Source: a virus (Duplodnaviria; Caudoviricetes). From it: DNA of 57,173 nt. Position 1 is the stretch's first letter. Each line of letters starts with the position of its first letter. The translations under genes were made by a program, and so were the position numbers. The notes under the pieces were generated by a model. That model did not search any database and had not been told where the DNA came from. It worked only from the letters and a program-made list of their open reading frames with translations. The stretch is from IMG/VR virus record IMGVR_UViG_3300042879_000407, positions 1 to 57,173 of that record, one strand, 5' to 3'. This document shows positions 17,616 to 28,200 of this stretch, piece by piece.

Positions 17616-19511
17616 ATGGCACTTAATCTCGGGCAAGTTCTTGGTGGTGCAGGTGTCGTTGCTTCTAGGCAGCGGCAGGCGGAGGAGGCTGAGCGTATAG
17701 CCCGGCTGAATCAACTCCAAATCGAAGAAGCCAACCGCAAAGAACTTTTGCGTAGAGAAATGACGCAGGCTCCTATGCCTTCGTTTGCTCCCGGCTCTTT
17801 GGAATTTCCAGAAGCCTTGGGCGTTCGCCCGATGCAACAAGCCCCTGCTGCACCTGCAGCCAGACCTCCTGCTGCCCCTCAACCTTCTGCACCGGCTGCG
17901 CCTGCTGCCCCTGCTGCGGCTCCTGCAGTCGATCAGTTTGAATCGCTTTATGAACGCGTCAAGACTATGCGTCGAACTGGCCCAATGGGTCGGTTGGGAT
18001 ACAACAAGGAACTTGATGCACTCGTTGACAAACGGGCGTTCTCCGACGAAGACGTTGCACGTATCTATGCAATTGCACTGAACAAGCAGGACTACACGAC
18101 TGCCAATACGCTGCAGAATATTCTTGTGCGTCGAGGTGTTCCGCCTGCAGACCTCACTCAGATTGGCGCTATGGCACGGCAGGCCCAGCGGGCTTTGGCC
18201 GGTGTTAGGCGGGAAGAAGAAACTGCCGCTGCTGCTGCCGATGAACGTCGCCGTTTGTTTGAACTAAAGACCGGCAGACAAGTGGGGACTGCAGGCGTCA
18301 GTGAAGTTCTAACTCCGGGGGCGGCTGCGCCAGCGCAGTTTGACCGTATCGCTGCTGCCGTTAAGCAAGTTGAGAGCGGAGGAGATCCGAACGCCGTGAG
18401 TCCTAAGGGGGCAATCGGAACCATGCAGACGATGCCGGGTACTTTGGTTGATCCCGGCTTTGGCGTGACTCCTGCCCAGAACCGCACTCCACAAGAACTT
18501 GAACGGGTTGGCCGGGACTACCTTGCCGCAATGATCAGGGAGTTCAACGGTAACCTTGACCACGCACTGGCTGCTTATAACTGGGGGCCGGGTAATGCGA
18601 AACAGTGGGTATCTCGCGGGGCCAATACCAGTGAACTTCCATCTGAAACTCGCAACTATATCCAGAAGGTAAAGAGCCTGATCGGTGGCGCTGTTGAAGC
18701 GCTTATCCCAACTGCACAGGCTGCGCCTGCTGCGGCTCCTGCTGCGGCTCCTGCTGCCGCAGAAGTTCAAAGTTCCGATGTGTACCTCTCCAATCCGCAG
18801 GCTGTATCCAGAGACATGCAGGTAGCGTTGCAGCAGAGGCAGGAACTTGCTCGACTGGCTGGTATGTATCAGCGTTCTGGTATGGGTGCAGAGTTTATGC
18901 AAACTCGTGCCAAGGTCATGGAACTCGACAACAATATGCTTTACCTGCAAGGTATGCAGGGCATCCAAGAGTTCTACTTGGCCAATGATCCTCGTAGGCT
19001 TTCAGCCGTCTGGAGTCAGTACGCAGGTTTGCCGGTCAATGTGCAGCCGCGTAGCGACGGTCGGTTTGATGTTCTTGTTGGCGGTCGTCGTATGCGTGAG
19101 GGACTTTCCGATAGCGACATCACGAGCATGGCACGCTTGTCATTCGATACTGCCTACAGGCAGACGCAGGCTCAGGCTGGTGCGGAAGCCAACATGGAAA
19201 TGTTCAAGAGCCAACTGAAGATGGCGGAAAACCAAGCGCAGCAACAGGCTCAAATGATTCGTGAGATCGCTGTGGCTCGTACACAGGGCAACATAGATCA
19301 AGCCGTTGAATGGGCCAAGGCTAATTACGGTTGGGATATCAAACCGACTGGCGCTGGTGATGGCACGATCATTATCCGTCCTCCGGGGCAGGCTCCATAT
19401 CTATTCAACCCAAGTGGCCGCACTGTGGAAATCGACGGTGTTAAGATCACTACTAATTCCGCGTATCCAATCGCTGGACTGCCGTCTCTTGGCGGTGTGC
19501 AGGCGAGGTAA
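17616..19511 (+). CDS. Ejection protein with SLT lytic transglycosylase domain
   Basis: VESGG...GAIGTMQTMP...ALAAYNWGPG. Confidence 0.85.
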   Translation: MALNLGQVLGGAGVVASRQRQAEEAERIARLNQLQIEEANRKELLRREMTQAPMPSFAPGSLEFPEALGVRPMQQAPAAPAARPPAAPQPSAPAAPAAPAAAPAVDQFESLYERVKTMRRTGPMGRLGYNKELDALVDKRAFSDEDVARIYAIALNKQDYTTANTLQNILVRRGVPPADLTQIGAMARQAQRALAGVRREEETAAAAADERRRLFELKTGRQVGTAGVSEVLTPGAAAPAQFDRIAAAVKQVESGGDPNAVSPKGAIGTMQTMPGTLVDPGFGVTPAQNRTPQELERVGRDYLAAMIREFNGNLDHALAAYNWGPGNAKQWVSRGANTSELPSETRNYIQKVKSLIGGAVEALIPTAQAAPAAAPAAAPAAAEVQSSDVYLSNPQAVSRDMQVALQQRQELARLAGMYQRSGMGAEFMQTRAKVMELDNNMLYLQGMQGIQEFYLANDPRRLSAVWSQYAGLPVNVQPRSDGRFDVLVGGRRMREGLSDSDITSMARLSFDTAYRQTQAQAGAEANMEMFKSQLKMAENQAQQQAQMIREIAVARTQGNIDQAVEWAKANYGWDIKPTGAGDGTIIIRPPGQAPYLFNPSGRTVEIDGVKITTNSAYPIAGLPSLGGVQAR

Positions 19512-19514
19512 ATC

Positions 19515-22103
19515 ATGGCTAAAGCAGGACTGTCGTTTGCCAATCCGCTCCTTGCTCGGACGGGTGTGGGTGAAGTGCCGAATCCCTATGCTCCGCTGGC
19601 CCCCACTTCCAGTATTGGTATGGGTGGACTTGGGCAATCGGCTGCGGATATGGCGTTGCTTGGTGAGCAGTTAGCGGCTACTACGCAGTTTACCCTTCCG
19701 GAGATGCGCAAGCCTCCGGGTATTGCATTCAGTCCTTCGCGGAAGGAACTGTTTGTGCAGGGGCAGACGTTTGCTGCTGATGATGCTAGCCGAGCGTTGC
19801 AGTCTGAGGCGCTGCTTGGTGGCCCCGGTGTAGACCTACCAGCGGGTGGGGACTGGATGCCGCTTGATGAACAGGCATATCAGCAGTACCTCCAGTCTAT
19901 CCGTGAGCCGTCACTCGGGCGTCTTGCGTCCAAGTCATTCGGTCGGGGCGTCGATATCTCGCAGGCGCTCATGGGTCGTGGGTTGCAACTCGCCGGGGCG
20001 GAAGAACTCGGTGGTCGCATCGTCTCTGCACAAGAAGAAGATCTAGCCAAGACGCAGCCGTATGAACGTATGTTCACCGATATCGAGTCGGGGGGCGATG
20101 CAGTTGAGTGGCTGGTGGCAAACTTCGCCCAGCAAGGCCCGAACCTCATTGAGTCTATCTTCACCGCTGGCGTTGGCTTTTTGGGCGGCACGGCCGTTGG
20201 TGGCCCCGCTGCAGGCGCAGGCGCTGCACTCGCTGGACTCATGGGCAAGACTGCATTCAAAGAATCGGTCAAAGCCGCTGCTCGCAAGAAAGCCACGGGG
20301 CAAGCGCTAACCGCTGCAGAAAATAAACTGCTCCGTGAAGCCGCTGGTATTGCTGGTGCAGTTACCGCATCGTATGCTCAGAACCTTGCTACGGGGGCTG
20401 CTGATATCTATGGCGAACTCCGCGAACAAGGCGCAACTGCGGAAGACACTGACGCCAGAATCAAAGCGCTTTTAGGGTCAGTTCCTTATGCCGCACTTGA
20501 AACGCTCCCGGAATATTTCCTTGCTTCCAGAGTCCTTGGCGGCATTGGTGCGCCTAGTGCGTTACCTGCTGGTACTTCCCTTGGCCGCCGTGGGCTTGAG
20601 TTTGCTCGTCGCGGGGGTGTCGGTTTTGGTGTTGGTGGCTTGGCTGAGGGAACCACCGAGGCAGGACAAGAAGCCCTCCTACTGGGAATTTCTGGGCAAG
20701 ACCTGAGTAGCGACGAGGCAGTTAATCGCCTTATCAATTCATTTGCCGCTGGCTTTGGTATCGGTGGCCCGATTGGTGGTGTGGCTAACCTTCGCGGTAA
20801 TGCCCCTGCTAACCTACTCAACCCTGCACAGAGTACAGACCCAACACCACCTGCGCCGCCACCTCCTCCGAAACTGCCACTCGTAGTGGCTCCGGGTACA
20901 CAGGGGGAATTGTTTGGTGGAGTTGGGCCTGTTAGTCCCATTCCGGGACTTGCTGGTGGGGCTGCTGCCATTCCGGGAGTTGCCGGTCAGTACACTCAGG
21001 TTGGTGGTTTGGGTGTTGCCCCTGCCACTGAAGTTCCGATTACCCAGCAGGATTTGTTTAGCACTGACGTACTGCAAGCGGATATGTTTGGTGGGCCGCA
21101 AGTTCCAAGGGAGTACCCTGTAGGAGCGCCTGTTGAACCTACCGCAGAGTCGGTGCCAGTTGTTCCGGGGCAGTTGCCGTTTCAGTTTGCTCCCGCCGCG
21201 CCTACTGGGATGCGGTTTACCGATGTTCAACCTCCGCCGGATACCCAGATAGCGCAGCAGTTACAGGCACTGCAGCGGCAGGTTGAATTTGATCAAGCCA
21301 TGGCTCAACGCCGTGAGGCTGAGATCGCGCAGGCAGAAGCGCAGCGACAGTTACAACTTATTCCCCCCGCCCCAACGACACAACTACCCACACCGCGAAC
21401 GGTTAATCCTAGAGAACCACAGCAGTTGCCGTTGTTTGGGGCGCGGGGGCTTCCCCGCCCCTCTGGTGCTGAGCGGTTGCGCCGTGGTGCTACACCACTG
21501 CCTGAGACTGGCCCGACTGTACCGGTTACGCCACGCGAGAGCCTGCAGGTTGCTGGCCAGTTGCCGCTCTTTACCCAAGAAGGACAACCGTCAGTTGCTG
21601 CGCTTAAGGGAGCCGGGCTTCGCCGCAAAATAGTTCCAACGGAAGAGAAGGGTGGTAAGCAACGTCCGTCTGAACCAGCAGCGAAGATTCGTCAGGTCGC
21701 TGAGAAAATTAGCAAGCGGCAGCGTGTTGACCATACATACGATGACGGCAGTAGGTTTGTTGGAATTATAGACAACGAAGGCACTCTGATCAGCGGCACG
21801 TATACGTATGCTAATGGGGATGTGTTCGAAGGTACGTTCCGGGACAATAGCCCACACAACGGTCGTGTTATCTATGCAAATAAGTCTGAGGCCAAGTACA
21901 CCAAGGGCGAACCAACCTTAACCAAGGAAGCACCCGCTGGTGAAACCGCTGTAGAAACGCAGGAAGAAGGGCCGGTAGAAATTACATTGGAACTTGCCGA
22001 TGGTGACCGGATGACCATACCCGATGGGCAGAAATTCCTTGACAAACTCGACAAGGATATTGGAAAGTACGAGCGTTTTCTAGCCTGTCTCAATAGGAAA
22101 TAA
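19515..22103 (+). CDS. Large ejection protein (Gly-rich membrane segments, Pro/Gln linker, MORN-like repeats)
   Basis: AEGTTEAGQE motif, hydrophobic Gly zippers, YxxGxxFxG repeats. Confidence 0.7.
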   Translation: MAKAGLSFANPLLARTGVGEVPNPYAPLAPTSSIGMGGLGQSAADMALLGEQLAATTQFTLPEMRKPPGIAFSPSRKELFVQGQTFAADDASRALQSEALLGGPGVDLPAGGDWMPLDEQAYQQYLQSIREPSLGRLASKSFGRGVDISQALMGRGLQLAGAEELGGRIVSAQEEDLAKTQPYERMFTDIESGGDAVEWLVANFAQQGPNLIESIFTAGVGFLGGTAVGGPAAGAGAALAGLMGKTAFKESVKAAARKKATGQALTAAENKLLREAAGIAGAVTASYAQNLATGAADIYGELREQGATAEDTDARIKALLGSVPYAALETLPEYFLASRVLGGIGAPSALPAGTSLGRRGLEFARRGGVGFGVGGLAEGTTEAGQEALLLGISGQDLSSDEAVNRLINSFAAGFGIGGPIGGVANLRGNAPANLLNPAQSTDPTPPAPPPPPKLPLVVAPGTQGELFGGVGPVSPIPGLAGGAAAIPGVAGQYTQVGGLGVAPATEVPITQQDLFSTDVLQADMFGGPQVPREYPVGAPVEPTAESVPVVPGQLPFQFAPAAPTGMRFTDVQPPPDTQIAQQLQALQRQVEFDQAMAQRREAEIAQAEAQRQLQLIPPAPTTQLPTPRTVNPREPQQLPLFGARGLPRPSGAERLRRGATPLPETGPTVPVTPRESLQVAGQLPLFTQEGQPSVAALKGAGLRRKIVPTEEKGGKQRPSEPAAKIRQVAEKISKRQRVDHTYDDGSRFVGIIDNEGTLISGTYTYANGDVFEGTFRDNSPHNGRVIYANKSEAKYTKGEPTLTKEAPAGETAVETQEEGPVEITLELADGDRMTIPDGQKFLDKLDKDIGKYERFLACLNRK

Positions 22104-22106
22104 GCC

Positions 22107-22508
22107 ATGAAACAACGTCTTCGCTTAAGCGAATTGTACGATCTTGAAGACTTGGCACTGGAGACTGGGGCTAGTGTTGAATTTGCTGACGGGCGTAAGT
22201 TTAATACAAGTAAAGTTCAGGCTAAGCGTGTCAAAGAAGAACCGGTAGAAAAGCCTGTGGCCCGTGCGGACAACACTGCTGAAATTCTTAAGCAGATCGT
22301 ATTGCTACTCAGCCGCCCTGTTGAGGTGGTTGTTCCGCCCATGCCAGCACCACAGGTGACCGTAAGTCTTCCTCCCAAAGAAGAGGACGAGGACGAAGAT
22401 GAGTCCGAGGACAAACCGGTTCAGTGGGTCTTTGAGTTTGAGCGCAACTATAACGGCACAATCAAGCGCATTACTGCTACGCCGACTATGAAAGAGTCGC
22501 TAAACTAA
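22107..22508 (+). CDS. Hypothetical protein (Pro/Val and acidic stretches)
   Basis: 133-aa ORF directly after the previous stop. Confidence 0.6.
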   Translation: MKQRLRLSELYDLEDLALETGASVEFADGRKFNTSKVQAKRVKEEPVEKPVARADNTAEILKQIVLLLSRPVEVVVPPMPAPQVTVSLPPKEEDEDEDESEDKPVQWVFEFERNYNGTIKRITATPTMKESLN

Positions 22509-22516
22509 GGTGAAAC

Positions 22517-23254
22517 ATGACTGATAACGTAGGCTATACACCGGGCGTAGGTGCCACTGTTGCCGCCGATGAGATTGGCGGGGTACTCCATCAGCGAATT
22601 AAGTTGGTGCTTGGAGCAGATGGCGTTTCGGATGGCGACGTTTCAGCCACTAACCCTATACCAATCGCGACTCCAGCGCCTATTGATGTAACTGGGTCAA
22701 TAAGCGTTAGCAATTTCCCTGCGACTCAGCCGGTGTCTGGATCGGTAAGCGTTAGCAATTTCCCTGCGACTCAGCCAGTATCAGGCACGGTTAGTGTCGG
22801 CAACTTCCCCGCTACGCAGAACGTCAACATCGTCGGCGGGTCTAGCGGTAACGCAGCCGCAGGAGCGACTGGCGCGGCTGTTCCGGCGTCTGCCGATTAC
22901 ATTGGCTATAACTCCGGCGGCAACCTTGTCGGCGTCAGCGCGGCTAACCCGCTGCCGGTGGACATTGGCGCAGTTGGGGTGCTGGAAGTCACCGATGCCA
23001 ACGCTGAGTTGCTGCTGACGCGCATCCTGAACTATTTAAACGCCCCGCAAGGCTACGACAAGTCGTTGCAGCGTGGCAGGGTCACGGCGGTGCTGGAATC
23101 CGGCACGGTTACGACGGTAACCACGGTCACGACCGTTACGACCTGTTCGACGGTGACCAACCTTTCGACGATTGACACGCTTCAGGGCCGTATCCAAGTG
23201 TACGGGCAAAACCTTGCAGCATGGGCGGCAACTGTACGCTCTCGGATTACTTGA
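22517..23254 (+). CDS. Fibre-like protein with 15-aa repeats
   Basis: SVSNFPATQPVSG repeats, VSAANPLPV, TVT repeats. Confidence 0.6.
   Translation: MTDNVGYTPGVGATVAADEIGGVLHQRIKLVLGADGVSDGDVSATNPIPIATPAPIDVTGSISVSNFPATQPVSGSVSVSNFPATQPVSGTVSVGNFPATQNVNIVGGSSGNAAAGATGAAVPASADYIGYNSGGNLVGVSAANPLPVDIGAVGVLEVTDANAELLLTRILNYLNAPQGYDKSLQRGRVTAVLESGTVTTVTTVTTVTTCSTVTNLSTIDTLQGRIQVYGQNLAAWAATVRSRIT
22696..22830 (+). repeat. Three ~45-bp coding tandem repeats
   Basis: AGCGTTAGCAATTTCCCTGCGACTCAGCC twice plus a diverged third copy. Confidence 0.8.
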
Positions 23255-23263
23255 GGAACATAC

Positions 23264-24883
23264 ATGGCTAATACATTCAAGAAAGTCATAGACCGGTTGA
23301 TGTGGGCGCAAGTAGCGCCTACGCCTAACGCTCATGTTGCCGCGACGTCAATGTGTTCTGACCTCCGGTCGGACATCTCGCGTAACCCGTTTGTGTACCA
23401 GTTGGTTAGCAACACCGTACTGAACCGATACAACATTGTGTCAAAGGGATGGGCTGCAACGTCTTCCCCGGCCTTGGCTGGCACGTTTGGTGTTGGCTCT
23501 GCAATGGCTTTTGCGCCGTCATTTGGTCTTGTGGGTACGATTGCCGCAGGCGCTACAACGACTTCAGTTGTACTATCAACTGCGCTGCCGACCGCTGTTG
23601 GCCTCAATATGCTCGCCAATCGTGGCGGCTCGGGCGAATACGGATTCAAACTTCGCATCATTGACACGACCGCTGGCAAGACCGCTGAGCGTTACATCAC
23701 CGGCAACACCGCAGGCACGACGCCAACCATCACGGTGCTATCGTCGTTTGGATTTACTCCAGCCACAGGCGCAAGGTATGAAATCGTCGCTGGCCGCGTG
23801 TTTATGCTGGGTGCTGGTACGACGGCAAGCAACATTTGGCGCTCGTTCGAAGTTGCGTCGAACACGTTGTCAACGGGCCTTTCAACGACCGGTCTTCCCG
23901 CCACCATTGGTACGGACTCTGACATCCTTGTGCTAGACGAGCAGTACACGCCTTATGACTGCTCGCCCGGCGATGGAATGATTAAGGGCGCGTACAACTA
24001 TGACACAGGTGTTGTGTCACGTTATGCGCTGACTGCAACGGGCGCTGCCGCAGGCACTTTGACGGGCCAAGCGACCCTTGGTGACGCAGTAGTCGCAGCG
24101 AACGAGTACCGCAACTTTCAGATTCGTATTGTCGAGGACACCGTAAACACCACGGCAGTCGGACAGCGCCGCATCATTGCCTCGCACACCGCAGGTGCAA
24201 GCCCCGTTTACACGCTTGGGACGAACTGGTCTGTCACGCCGTCTGCCAATGCCAAATACGTTATTGAACTGCCGAACTTGATGCTACTCCGATCAAGCGC
24301 CACAACGACGGTATACACCTACAACTACACCGATGCCACGATCAACAACGGCACAAACAACATCACAGCGAACTCGTGGTCAACAACGTACTTTGGCGTG
24401 GCCCCGGCTGCTAACGCGGCCTCTGGTATGTGGATGCCGTCATGGGGCATCAAGCCAGATGCGAACCGTTACGCTCGTCATTCGTTTTGCTACTTCTTCC
24501 GTGGCGGCGCTGCAACGCTCGATGTGCTGGATATCGCTGCAACCATTACCGGAACTTGGACTGGCGCGATTACTTATGACGGTTCTCCGGGTACATTCCC
24601 GGCCACGGGATCATGCGGTGGTTATTCGCCATTTGAAAACGAGGGCCGTATGTTCTACATGAATTTGTACGTCGCCTCTGCGGTAAACCAGATATTCCGC
24701 TTTGATGTACAGAACCGCGTGTTGTCACCATTCACTGCAACGGACTTCTTGCAGGCTGGTACGGCTGCGGTCGGTAAGCGTATCGCGTGTTATGCGGCGC
24801 TGGATGGTACGGACACCTACGACGTCGTGCTGCTCAACTCGCACCTGTCCACGGTTTGTCAAGAAATGGTGGTGCTGGTATGA
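23264..24883 (+). CDS. Putative beta-propeller-like virion appendage protein
   Basis: 539 aa, Thr/Gly/aromatic-rich, internally repeated RIIxxT.G...R.I...T.G segments. Confidence 0.5.
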   Translation: MANTFKKVIDRLMWAQVAPTPNAHVAATSMCSDLRSDISRNPFVYQLVSNTVLNRYNIVSKGWAATSSPALAGTFGVGSAMAFAPSFGLVGTIAAGATTTSVVLSTALPTAVGLNMLANRGGSGEYGFKLRIIDTTAGKTAERYITGNTAGTTPTITVLSSFGFTPATGARYEIVAGRVFMLGAGTTASNIWRSFEVASNTLSTGLSTTGLPATIGTDSDILVLDEQYTPYDCSPGDGMIKGAYNYDTGVVSRYALTATGAAAGTLTGQATLGDAVVAANEYRNFQIRIVEDTVNTTAVGQRRIIASHTAGASPVYTLGTNWSVTPSANAKYVIELPNLMLLRSSATTTVYTYNYTDATINNGTNNITANSWSTTYFGVAPAANAASGMWMPSWGIKPDANRYARHSFCYFFRGGAATLDVLDIAATITGTWTGAITYDGSPGTFPATGSCGGYSPFENEGRMFYMNLYVASAVNQIFRFDVQNRVLSPFTATDFLQAGTAAVGKRIACYAALDGTDTYDVVLLNSHLSTVCQEMVVLV

Positions 24884-25044
24884 CGATTCCAGAACTGATT
24901 CAGATTGCGCGAACTCGGCTGACGTACCTTGCGGCGCAGCGGGAAACCGCTGTACGTTTGGGTGATGAACACCAGATTGCAGATATTGACAAAGAAGCCT
25001 CGCAGACGCAGGAAACACTTAACCAACTTCTGACGTTGGCATAA
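24880..25044 (+). CDS. Small helical protein (MTIPELIQ...)
   Basis: ATGA overlap with the previous stop. Confidence 0.6.
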   Translation: MTIPELIQIARTRLTYLAAQRETAVRLGDEHQIADIDKEASQTQETLNQLLTLA

Positions 25045-25048
25045 ATGA

Positions 25049-25234
25049 ATGTTTCTCACGCTTTTGCAATCGCAAGTATCTGTTGCCGAAGTAGAGCGTC
25101 GGCCTAAGCGGCATGTTAAGTTTCGTAAGTTTGAGGAAGATGTCACTCCTGACCTGTTGCAACAAGACGACGCATTGGCAACTGATCTGATAGTGGCACT
25201 GGTCACTAAGGGGTTCTTCGATGGCAAATTCTAA
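25049..25234 (+). CDS. Small hypothetical protein
   Basis: Fills the gap and overlaps the next start. Confidence 0.5.
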   Translation: MFLTLLQSQVSVAEVERRPKRHVKFRKFEEDVTPDLLQQDDALATDLIVALVTKGFFDGKF

Positions 25235-28200
25235 AGTCCAAGCCTGTCTTATCAATTCGACCGGCATCACCGCCAATGATCGTAAAAAGATCGCTGCGTT
25301 AGCCAAGCAGTATTCAACCGGTGACGTGACGCAGGACTACATTCTTGCCACGACGGATATGCTCACCTACTTGCGTGATGCTAAGACTGCCGTTGAACAA
25401 GCCATGGCTAACGTAAAAGCCGGTGGTGATAACGTAGCAGTGATGCCTGCAGAACCTACTGTGGAGGAAGACGGAACCCCAAAAGGCGAAGCGGCAGCAG
25501 CCGCCAAGACAGCCAAGATTGAGACTGAATACGGCTCGGCACAGGAAGCATGGGATGACTTTGCTCCGGATGATGTGCCGTGGTCTGCGCTTACTACCAA
25601 GGAAAAAGAAATCTGGTCGGAGAAGGTTCGCGCTAATCGTGTATCACAAGCACTTGCAATCAGCATTGCCGGTGATGCAAGAGACAGAATAACTAACCCC
25701 GATTTCCCGGAAGGGGAAGAGGCTACAGACCTTACCGTACTGGATGCGCTGAAGGATGATATCAGCGCGGCGGAGACTGCCAAGGATACCAAAACTTTTC
25801 GTGAGGCTATCCAGACAGTAATCTTCCATGCCTACTTTGATACCGACTCCAATAGTCGCAAAGAGATTACCCCACTGGCACTGGAGTTCCTGAGCCGTAC
25901 CGACTTTAGTCTTTCGCAGATTGGTGAGATCGACCGTATTATTGTCGAGCAAGCCAACGGTATGGAATCACTTGAGGCTGTATACACTCGCGGCGCTGCC
26001 AAGGGGGAGTACAAGCCGTGGTTCTCATATGCCATGAGCAGGCAGTTGCTACCGAACATCCAGACGCGTTTGGTTGGTTTGCCTCTGGATGAAGCCAAGC
26101 AACTCGTATCGGATAGATTGATTAAAATTACTCAATTGCCTGAGGAAACGCAAAAGAAGGTTACCAAGATCGCATCCACCGAAGTGCCGGGTGCCAAGGG
26201 TAAGATCACAAAAGACACTCTGGCTCAGATCGTGCGTACTCCGCAGGCTTTGTTGGCGCAGTTGATCGACGATCTTATTACGCGTAACCGTACTGTACGT
26301 AGCCTGAATCAACCGGTCGATAATCCGGATAAGGCCGCAGAACGCAAGTCGTTCCCCAACGTGGTGGAACTTGCCAAGTCGCTGTACGGTAAACTGTCCG
26401 AGGAAGGTCGCAACTACATCTACCGTGGCAAGCGGCTAAGCGAATACTTCGACGACAAGGGTAACCCCTACATCCTCAAGTCAGACGGGCGGTATCTGAT
26501 CGTTCCGGAAGCCATTACCCCAGAACGTCAGGCTGAGATCGAAGCGCAACAGAAAGCCGCCGAACAGCAAGACCTTGCCGATGGCATCATTACCAGTTTT
26601 GACGATGCAGAGGAAGGTAATTTTATTCGTGCCGATGGCGTTCCGCTTAAGGAACCTATGTCACTCGGTCGCATACGTCTGCTTGTAAACTCGTTCGTGA
26701 ATAAACTTTATGCGAAACCTCGCATATTCATCTTCCGTAACCGGGAAGATCTAAAAGCCAAGAACCCTGATCTATATGCTCGTGCTGCTGCAGCGCGTAG
26801 GCAAGGCGACTTCGACACCATCGAAGGTATGGGGTATTCGTTTGGCCCGAACGTGATCATCTTCACGGACTTCATCCGGACTGAACAGCAACTTAAGTTC
26901 GTACTGGCACACGAAACACTTGGCCACTTTGGATTCCGTGCGGTTCTACCCAAGGCGGAACTGGATAGAATTCTCAATAAGATCTATGACATTGATCCCA
27001 ATGTCCGGGCGGCTGTGGATGCTGCGGTTGAAATCCGCAAGATGGATAAACTTGAAGCCATCGAAGAATACATGGCTGACTATGCCGCTGATGTGGACGC
27101 TTCCATCCTGCTTCGTATTTGGAATGCGCTGAAGGATGTACTTAGCAAACTGACTGGGATTGAGTTCAAGGATAACGATGCCCGGTATCTCGTAAATCTT
27201 GCACGCAAGTACGTGCGCCGTGGAGACAACGGTAACATCCTCAGTGCAACCAGTATCGCGCAAGACCTGACGGCGCTTAACGATGACGCCTACTCTGGGC
27301 GTTTTGCCATGAAGGGAGTTGGTGATCTTGCTTCCCGTGCGTACAGCGCTGGTGCGATGAACCGTAGGTACGGCCCGACTGGTGGGTTGACCGGCGTCGT
27401 GCAAGCATTCAAGGATAAGTTTTTGGGAGCGCAGCAGAACGTACCCGGAACTGTCGCACGTATACTTGAACAGGTACAGACACTCGATAACAAAGCACGG
27501 CGTAGTCAGGGCTTGAGCATTATTTATAACATGCTTGAACGCCAGCAACAGCACGCCAGAGGGTTGCTCTCCAAGTACCAGCGCATGACCGAGTATAGCC
27601 ATCGTCCGGACTTCGGTACGTTTGGTGAACTGACCGGCGTTGCCGGTGTGACTGAGGAGGAGAAAGAGAAGGCCGGTGAACTACTGGCCCGTGCGGCTTT
27701 GTACAAGGCGGCGCAAGCGACTGACACTGCAATTAAATCCTACAAGAGTCTGGTTGTTATCGACCCGAACACTGGCGAGATTTCCATTGACCCAGTGGTT
27801 CGTGCGCAACTTGAGAAGGATGGATTTGTCACGGCTGAAGAGTTCCGCAAGGGCTTTGACATTACTTACTCCAACGGGGAGAAGATCAACTTCAGAGCGG
27901 ATGTGGATGAGAACAGCGATATCTGGAAGATCTACGTAGAGATGCGGCAAGCCGTGAACGAAGCGGCTATTGACATGATGCTGTCGAACTACGAAGCGTC
28001 TCAGGTGGAGAACAACCGTATCGTCAACCGCCTCAATGATGGGCGGCGCAGCGCCAACGTGTTCTCTGAAGATGATCTGAAGGCGATCCGCACTGCGGCA
28101 CAGATATACCAAGACATGCGCTACAAGGGTAGTGATGTCGCCAACGCTGGCGTGGAAGTAAAGAAGAAGGCTGCTGCTGAATCTGAGGCATTTGCCATTG

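Noticed and set aside
22696-22830. Repeats as a CRISPR mini-array
   Set aside because: In-frame 45-bp coding repeats with no unique spacers
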